A stretch of DNA of 64,000 nt from Trichosphaerium sp. ATCC 40318 (Eukaryota > Protista > Tubulinea): contig JALMLS010000577.1 in assembly GCA_038496445.1 (NCBI GenBank), forward strand, positions 434,001-498,000. The letters are read 5' to 3'. Shown piece by piece: positions 56,445 through 64,000 of this stretch. The translations under genes and the position numbers were made by a program. Position 1 is the stretch's first letter; each line of letters begins with the position of its first letter. The notes beneath the pieces are model-generated. The model worked only from the letters and a program-made list of their open reading frames with translations. It searched no databases and was not told where the DNA came from.

Positions 56445-57615
56445 TTAATGGTGAAGCTTATTCTCAGTCCTACGTCTCTTAGTCGACTTGTCCGATTCCA
56501 TACTGACCGATTTTTTTCTCTTAGCTCCTACTTGCTCGTGCTGGTTTTTACCTTTGATACTGTTTTCCAACGCAGCAAGTTTAGCACTCAAATACCTAAT
56601 TTTATCATTCTTCTCTTGGAGTTCACTTTTGCGAAGTAATACAAATTCAGGGTACAATCGAGTTGCATTGCATTCCTGAAGCGCCATCATTAACATGTCT
56701 AAAATATAAAGTAAGATCACTACAATGTTGTAGTGTCACAGTACAATTAAAGCCGTTGTCCAAGGTTTGGCTTGGTTTACTTTTGAGAAGAGTTAGCAGC
56801 TTGCGTGCCAAGTGTACCCCTTCCTCGAGGTACCTAGGTCGCAAAGGATTGGCAAGTTGGAAACTAGCTATATTCCAGCACTTTGGTTCCGATTTTACGA
56901 AGTCATACCAACAACCGATAAGGCATTCGTTTTCAATTGTGCCTTCCCAACGACCGTTTCCCATTTTCTTTATTTCATCCAAGCGGTAGATTACTCTATC
57001 ACAAGCGATATAAAATAAGCTCAAAAGAAGAGCACCACCCCTGCCCCGTCTGATAAAGGAGGTCAGTATTTGCAGAATCGATTTCCAAATCAATCAAACA
57101 AAAAAACCGTGCTTACGTTGCACTTCTTTCCAAGTAGTTTGATTGGTCACCAAGTTGGCTAAACATTTTGTTACCAAAAAGTGGTAGGGTGTTAAGAGTA
57201 CCAAGGTGGCTTTTGTTCAGGCTGACCCACTGAAGCAGGTATTGGTACGCTTTTGTTTGGTATAGGTACATCTGGAGGATCTTTGGGCGCGCTGTATACT
57301 CTAAACAAAATAAGTATGTTAACGCTTTGATGGGTTAAAATAAAATAATTTCTTTCTACTTACCTCGTACTACGAGATTCTGGAGCCGGGGTGGCATGTT
57401 GTGTTCTTTTTGAGGCCTGGTTTGCAATTTCACTAACTAGAAAACGTTAATAAATACTACGCAAAGCGTTCTCGTTGGCGTACAAGAGCCTCCAACTCCT
57501 TTGGCTAATCAAAAAGTTAGTAAAACAAACGTTTAGATCACGTGTTTAGCAACTTACTTTGGCCTTTATATATAGTATCTTTTCTATCTGAATGGTTTTG
57601 AGGCGCCTTGCTCAT
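56445..57615 (-). CDS. Orphan family copy 2 (single domain + coiled coil/NLS)
   Basis: RGRGGALLLSLFYIACDRVIYRLDEIKKMGNGRWEGTI aligns with copy 1 RPRHGDTLKKEVFNSACLEVCDRLLEIKLKGYGNYQWTGSI; WNIASFQLANP...YLEEGV; similar 5' exon layout. Confidence 0.6.
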
Positions 57616-57654
57616 TGTGTTGTACTTTCTACGAAATTTGCTTTTCGTTTTCTT

Positions 57655-57764
57655 TTTGTGATTTTTAGAAGTTGACGAGGGTTGACGAGCTATACACCAT
57701 GAAGTCAACAATAATCCCATCACTGAGGTTATTGATCTAAAACAGTATTCCATTCTAGATGTGC
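57655..57764 (-). repeat. 110-nt conserved structured leader, copy 2
   Basis: Reverse complement of 45063-45172 with two substitutions. Confidence 0.85.
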
Positions 57765-57954
57765 TTCTATGCATTATTTCGATGTGGATTGCGCTGTTTG
57801 ATTGTTTATTTTCGATTTTATTAGCTTTGTCCAATTTGCAACAACTGATCGTAATATAACCTTATTTTAAGCGTATTTAAGCACTTTCGAATATGTTTAT
57901 TGTAATTACTCAGCTTTGAGAAACGTGCTTACTCTTTTCAAGCAATTAGAAATT

Positions 57955-57986
57955 TGTGTTTTTCAATCACATTCTTGTGATTGAAA
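57955..57986. promoter_or_regulatory. Spaced palindrome upstream of orphan gene copy 2
   Basis: TTTCAATCAC-attctt-GTGATTGAAA, with the same AAACACA flank as copy 1. Confidence 0.55.
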
Positions 57987-58280
57987 GAGTTTGAATTTCA
58001 ATCTTGTACCCTCCAGTATCCATACTCTCAGTTTATACAGCCCTTCAAACTGGCGTGCCATGCCTACTTACTATAGCAAAATTGTATAAATGAAGACGTT
58101 TGAAAAAAATCACGTGATCGAAACAAACTCCTTTTCTCCAATTATTCTTACTTTCTTTGTACCCAATAAATGTATTTCTTCAAACAAATACTTGGTCCAT
58201 CATAACACACCACAGTAAGTGCGTTTACTAAACCTCAAAGTATCGTTGTAAAGATATGTATGGTTTTTATTGATATTTTG

Positions 58281-59216
58281 TTACATCTTATGAAAATCAT
58301 TTTCCACGTGGTACTTTACGCACTGTGGACACATTGGTCCAAGGTTACATAACGTGCAATATAGAGATGGGTTGTTAATACAGTTGTATGATATACTACG
58401 ATTACCACACTCGCACCATAAACCACATGAACTACACATTGTTTCGAATTCACAACTATCATCTCCACAAGAACACCATCTACTTTGATCCACTGCATTA
58501 CACTGGCCTTGTACACAATGCGCAGCACCGCATGATGTACATTCGCATGCTACTCTCCTAGAATCACAAAAGTTGCAAAAAGGTGCTACAAAGGTGTACT
58601 TAAAATTGATAAGACAATCATCGCATTTGTATCTGAAATAATTATGAAAGTCATCCTCGTCACTAAACTCTTCTTCATCATCTGCATAAACTGATATAAC
58701 AGGCACGTGATAAGAAGTTAGATTGACACGTGATTTTTCTTTTCTACATAAAAAGCAAGTAGGGCTTGTTGTTTGTATAGACTCCTTAGGAGATAATCGA
58801 ACCATGAATGCTTTGAAAGAATGTATCAAGTCACATAGAAGAAGCTTCTTAAGTTGAAGTGGTTGATCAAAAACTCTTTGAAAAGGAGAACAGGTTGACG
58901 CAACAGTTGTTGATTTTCCATTAAAGAAAAGAGTATTTAGGTCGTTTCCGTATAACATATCTATGACTTGTAGAGTAATCATGTTGAATGGAACAAGCGA
59001 CTTGTATTTTTTTAATAAAATGTTGTCTAGCTTTTCTCCTGTTTCCCATTTCTCGTATTCTTCGTCTATTAAATCAATTTCTAATAACTCCTTGTATGTT
59101 AATTGCTTTTCTATCTGTTTTGGCACCAATAGCTTGTAAATACCATACCAAATCTCTATTGGTAGTTCCGGATGCGTGTGGATATGAGAATCTCGTATTA
59201 CCCGCTTGTTTGCCAT
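58281..59216 (-). CDS. Intronless F-box-like protein with a Cys-rich (multi-CxxC) C-terminus
   Basis: PELPIEIWYGIYKLL; many CxxC pairs in the last ~150 aa. Confidence 0.7.
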   Translation of the reverse strand: MANKRVIRDSHIHTHPELPIEIWYGIYKLLVPKQIEKQLTYKELLEIDLIDEEYEKWETGEKLDNILLKKYKSLVPFNMITLQVIDMLYGNDLNTLFFNGKSTTVASTCSPFQRVFDQPLQLKKLLLCDLIHSFKAFMVRLSPKESIQTTSPTCFLCRKEKSRVNLTSYHVPVISVYADDEEEFSDEDDFHNYFRYKCDDCLINFKYTFVAPFCNFCDSRRVACECTSCGAAHCVQGQCNAVDQSRWCSCGDDSCEFETMCSSCGLWCECGNRSISYNCINNPSLYCTLCNLGPMCPQCVKYHVENDFHKM

Positions 59217-59495
59217 TTTATTGTTTTGGTCGCAGTTAAGACTTATTTGGGTCTACGTTGTTCAATTGTGCACTCTTCGCTGTCCTAACCTCGCCGTAGC
59301 TTCTGTTATAAGAAGGCATGATTATTGAGTTGATTACGAACAGTTATGACGTTTTAGATTAGAATTGCGCAAAAGACACGCTTTCACGTACGAACAGCGA
59401 AAATACTCTAAATCACGGTATTGAGAAACGTTTTTTTGTTTATTAGCAATAATTACTGATAATAATCCTCAACAACATCTTAACTACGCCTCAAT

Positions 59496-59735
59496 CTACT
59501 TCACTGGGTATATAAAGTTATTGCTGTAACCATAACCTTCTTTGCCGTTTTTATCTACCACCGTCCATATAGTGTTATCAAAGTCGCTATCGTCAATGTC
59601 TATAAGCGTATAGCGTTCTCCTTTGGTTACATCTAAAAAACCTTGATAGTATGGATCGTTTTTTCGGTATGTGTGGTCCTTTTTACCAATAACTTTCACT
59701 TTTTTAAAGTCTTTTTTGTAGCGGCGTCGCTCCAT
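59496..59735 (-). CDS. Intronless stand-alone SH3-like protein
   Basis: FLDVTKGERYTLID...WTVVDKNGKEGYGYSNNF matches the SH3 pattern (L...KG....W......G..GY.P.NY). Confidence 0.6.
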   Translation of the reverse strand: MERRRYKKDFKKVKVIGKKDHTYRKNDPYYQGFLDVTKGERYTLIDIDDSDFDNTIWTVVDKNGKEGYGYSNNFIYPVK

Positions 59736-59984
59736 TTTTAGAAAAAACACAATTTAACAACTTGTCAAAAATCGTGTGAGGTCAAATGACTTGTGTTTTA
59801 TTTTGTTTGTCAGCAAACCATAACACCTCTGAAAGATGTGTAGAAAGTAACGACATTGGCTATTATAGAAGATGAAGTTCGGACTTCAGACAATCTAACT
59901 CAGGTCACACGGCAACCGGTTTATGTAGTGGTTGAGAAAAATACATAACAAAAATGTCAATGATAGCCCATTGAGTCGACAGCT

Positions 59985-60520
59985 ATGACGGAATATCAAT
60001 ACCTCAAAAAAATGAGCCTTTACAAGCCATGCCAGGAATGCGATTATTTACAAATGCTTTGTACCTCGTGTAAGAAAGCGTTTGCGCAGCTACACAAACA
60101 CTCTCCGTGCTCTATCAGCAAAACTTGCGGGAAGTTGTCAGCTGTCAGACGTGTACCTTTACAATAATTGATACCCTTCGCGTTAGACCTATTACGGCAT
60201 CGGATAGTTACATGCGCAGAGAAGCAGGTATGCCATGCTGGAGAACAGGAGAGCCAATGTACACAAATATTGTGATAAGCAAAATAACTCAAGGTGCTCA
60301 TGAGTGGGAATTACAGGATATATTAGCTAATAGGAGCAAGTTAAAACTCAACCCAATTATGTTCAAACTCGTCAGAGAGCTTTTAAACAATAAGGAATGT
60401 AATAATTGTGGCAAAGAATCGAGCAAACGATGCTCTAGATGTAAGAGCGTATACTATTGTTCTAAAATATGTCAACACCTCGATTGGAAAAGCCATAAAA
60501 ATCAATGTATCAAACATTAA
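59985..60520 (+). CDS. Intronless Zn-finger protein with a C-terminal MYND finger; probable frameshift near 60130
   Basis: CNNC...CSRC...YCSKICQHLDWKSHKNQC; the upstream CxxC-rich ORF at 59985 joins if one G is added to GGG. Confidence 0.7.
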
Positions 60521-60691
60521 ACACAAATTACTTACCAACAACCCCGAGTGTACAACCGTTCTTCATATACTTGAATAACGTTTTATTTCTTCATTTAATA
60601 ATCCACAATTGGAGCGTATCTGCTAATCGCAGGATAAAAATATGACCTCAAATGAAAGGATGAATTTGTTGAGAATATTTAATGACAGCTT

Positions 60692-61299
60692 TCATTCTTT
60701 CTTCTTGATCTTGTTGCAAATCTAAAAATTGTTAATCACGTGGTGTTATAAAGCTGATATACAACGTACATCCTGAAGCGCCAGAAATCCAAGCTTGTAT
60801 CCGAAAACCCCAAAACCATGGATTACACCACTACATGAACCTGCCATGTCCGAATGTACATTTCTAGAGCTTGGATTACTTATGTGGACCTCTACTACCT
60901 AAAAAGAAACGTAATTAGCGTGGTTTAAACCAAAATAAGCAACACGTACTGGAACTTTACTGTTTACTTCTTTAATCGCGTTACTAAGCGCACGGTAACC
61001 AAGAGTGAAGCCTAAAAGCACGATTAACTTTATTCGTTAAAAAAGAAAACGTCTTGATACTTTCCTGATGGATTAATCACCACGCCATTGTATTCTTGCG
61101 AATCAAATGTACTGTACAACTTATTGATAACTTCTCCTTCTACATTCGACTGAAAAATGTCTACCTTAGCAGAGACGCCTTTTGCATACTCCTTTATCTC
61201 ATTATTGTATTCTGGGAGCGTTTTTGGACCAAACTTCTCTATATTAACCTTTCCTCGCATGTTCATGCCTGCACCGTGTATTACAAGGAAGCGTGCCAT
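60692..61299 (-). CDS. aroQ: Type II 3-dehydroquinate dehydratase-like protein (three introns)
   Basis: LVIHGAGMNMRG, FQSNVEGEVIN, VINPSG|FT, VVEVHISN, GVIHGFGVFGY. Confidence 0.85.
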
Positions 61300-61639
61300 C
61301 TTTAACGTGTACTATCGACAAACTGTGCAGGTTAGGCCATGTGCAGGTTGCTTATTAAGTCACCACTTCGAAAGTTGTCAATTTTGTCTGGCGTCAATTG
61401 TGACCAACGTCGCTATGCGCTATACAAGTAATTTACAATGTCCTTGACAGTGTGCACCGCTTTGTTTTTTTTGTCGACGCTAGCCAACAAAACTGCTGAG
61501 CGACAAGAATAGCCACAAACTTTTCGTTCTAAGCACTTCGTATTATTAGCAATAGGTCATCGCTAGTCTAGTTTTTGTTACGCAAGCTGGTTTTAGCAAC
61601 AATACGTTGGGGTTTATCTGTACAATCTATTAGTTCCGA

Positions 61640-63268
61640 CATGAAACAATCACGTGACTTGCTATTATCTCTTTTGAGTTTTGTTCTTTTTGTATCCTGC
61701 ACCGTTGTTGTTTACGATAATCAAAGGTACATCTTCGTAATTGTATCAGCACTAACGATGACAAAGGGGTGTTTATACGCTTGGAAATGTCAACCAATTT
61801 TTCTTGTGGCAGTCTCATATGAACAACACCGGTAAATCGTGGCGAGTGCCGGAAATTCAGGTCCGAGAAAAATTGAAAAAAAAAATAACTGCTAAAATAG
61901 TTGGGCTACAAAGTTGTACTGTACTATTTTCTATGTTTTTCTTACACTGACCTAGGATTTAACCAACTACGTACCCGACACTACCGAAGTTCTTGGCGTT
62001 TTTGGCTTTACGCATAAAAAATCTGAAGCGCAGCCTTTTCTTGACTGGACATTTTCAGGTATTGAACTATATTGGGAAAAGCACCTTGTAGAGGCTCACT
62101 ATTAATAAGGAGGCAAATCTTTTATTGCTTGCAGAAGAGGAGGTTCGTTTTGCGATGATCTAGGTAATGTTGTTTTATCCTGTTTTTTTCTGGTATTGAC
62201 TATTACAGTAGGATTATTTGACTTGAATGTTTACGAACCTGAAAATGACACATATCATGTACATTTTACTTATATTTGTTCTTAATAACAGCTTCTCATT
62301 CCAACTTAGGACGTTATCACCACTACATCAGATATCCCTTCAATACAGCTGCATAATAAGTTTGCCCATTTTTCAAATTACACCAACCCAGAAAACGTGA
62401 CTATTCTTGGATACATAACGCATGATAATGGCACATATGAGATACTAGTACAAGTACAGTATGGTGAGGGTTGTTAGTGGATCGTCATCATTATGTAAGG
62501 CAAGTGTTAACTTTAATTGTAGGAAATGGGTTTTTTATTGTTGTCGGAGACACAAGTTTCCTTCGTGATGAATTCGTAGCCAATACAACAACCGCTTTTG
62601 CGTTTACAGACACTATCTTTGAGAGACTTTCACCGAAAGTTCCTACACCCGGTCCCACAATAACTCCAACAATGAGCAACAGGTGTGGGGTCATTCTGAA
62701 AGACGGAATAATATGCCAAAATGGTAACTCAAGTTTTTTGCATTGTGTATTTTTACACTATTCTAGAGACTCTGGTAATTAGCCAAGACGTTATTTTAGA
62801 CAAAATTGCAGGAGGCTTAAAAATAATACTTGTACAAAATGTCACATCTGGCAAAGTTCCTGTACTGACATTACGAAGTACGTAAATGACAAGTTTGCAA
62901 AAACTTTCCATTTTTTATCTAACGTTTTCGACCAAGGTTGTTCCATGGTTGATATAACCATAGAACTAAGTAAAAGTCTATCATTAGGAACAACAGAAAT
63001 CATGTACTTAATATTGGAGAAAGGAAAATGTTCACATGACCCTTCAGTCAAAGCTAAACAGCCAGGAAATGAACAAAAATGTAGCGAACTTCAACAAAAA
63101 CAATTAAAAGATGGTAGTGAGTTTTCCGTATTACTAACTCTTACAGACACTTGTGGCTCTACATCGTTTCCTGTGGGTACTACCGTAGCATTGTCATTAG
63201 TTGTATTGGTATTTGTGTTTGCTGCTGTTGGCGTAATTGTGTACTTTGTATTGTATTTGAAAAAATAA
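61640..63268 (+). CDS. Type I membrane protein of unknown function
   Basis: Signal peptide MKQSRDLLLSLLSFVLFVSC; multi-exon; PTPGPT stalk; C-terminal TM ending YLKK. Confidence 0.6.
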
Positions 63269-63878
63269 ACCAGTAAACATGAGGTAGCCTTAATTGCTTC
63301 TTTGATAGTGTGATTGTCCATGCATTTTCTGTTAAAGACTATTATATTGTTCGTTTCTCACAAATTAAGCTGGGAGCTGTCACTCAAGTTGGGCGTTGAC
63401 TGTTGGCTCAAAAAAAGCACTTTTTTGGTGCTGTTTTTGCCAATAAACTTTTGTCGCCGGCTGGCTTAGTTAGCGTGAAACGCACAATACTATCTAGCTG
63501 GTTTCTTAAAATTTGCCCTTGTTGCTGCTTACTAAAAGCTTAAATGGTGAATACAACAGTATGTTAGCGCTAAAATTTCGTACCCAAGAAAAACGAAGAA
63601 AACAGTCATTGTGAGTTTACAAATTTCGCCTGAGTAACAAAAGTGATAGATAGCACATCAAGCACGTAGCGTGTATTTATTTATTCCTAAACAACAATAA
63701 TCAGGTACGTACGTAGCGCCTGGTTCTTTTGTACTGTTAATATTCCTAACAATGTCGTATTAGTACTGGCATTTGGTAATAAACGCCTGTAGCGACATTT
63801 AGTTAATTAAAAGTCGTATACTTAAGTAGGTACGCTGTATTTGACATGCGCTGAGGTTCATTTTTTCGTTAGCAATAG

Positions 63879-64000
63879 ATGTCTTCTGCGTTGACTTTAC
63901 TTGATCTACCACGTGAAATTCAACAATATATCTGTACATTCAACTTAGAAGTATTCACAAAATTCCATACATTATCAAAGAAAGCAGCAATCAACACACA
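63879..64000 (+). CDS. 5' fragment of an F-box-like gene related to 41517-42461
   Basis: MSSALTLLDLPREIQQYICTF...TLSKKAAINT aligns with LSLLWDIPVEIQLVIIDF...LISKRAAITS; runs off the window. Confidence 0.6.
   Translation, partial: MSSALTLLDLPREIQQYICTFNLEVFTKFHTLSKKAAINT

Noticed and set aside
59954-60106. Reading the MYND gene from ATG 59954 through in-frame TGA and TAA (readthrough or altered genetic code)
   Set aside because: The alternative frame from 59985 has CxxC motifs and joins with a one-base fix; other genes use all three stop codons normally

Overview
AT-rich (about 35% GC by eye), gene-dense eukaryotic nuclear DNA with many short introns (mostly about 40-100 nt, donor consensus GTACGT/GTAAGT). 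A CudA-type transcription factor and a deiodinase selenoprotein point to an amoebozoan (inference). Intron-rich genes: heme peroxidase, PheRS alpha, eIF2B alpha, rhomboid, PKB/Akt, ARF-like GTPase, deiodinase with Sec-TGA and SECIS, expansin-like membrane protein, MMACHC/CblC, tandem double GST, TKL kinase, LYR protein, eIF2 beta, small-Tim-like protein, LRR-RING protein, cysteine-desulfurase-like protein and type II dehydroquinase-like protein. These are interspersed with intronless F-box/MORN/LRR/SH3/MYND genes and a pair of inverted orphan paralogs. Main unexplained signals: (1) the palindrome CACGTG occurs about 68 times by hand count against about 6-7 expected, often inside introns; (2) several frame-forced non-canonical donors (six GC-AG, one GA-AG), some reading GCACGT(G); (3) a 64-bp antisense copy of MMACHC exon 2 placed 60 nt upstream of its own start codon; (4) a 110-nt structured leader (108/110 identical) and an upstream palindrome shared by two otherwise highly diverged orphan genes. 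All gene models were spliced by hand and no database searches were run.
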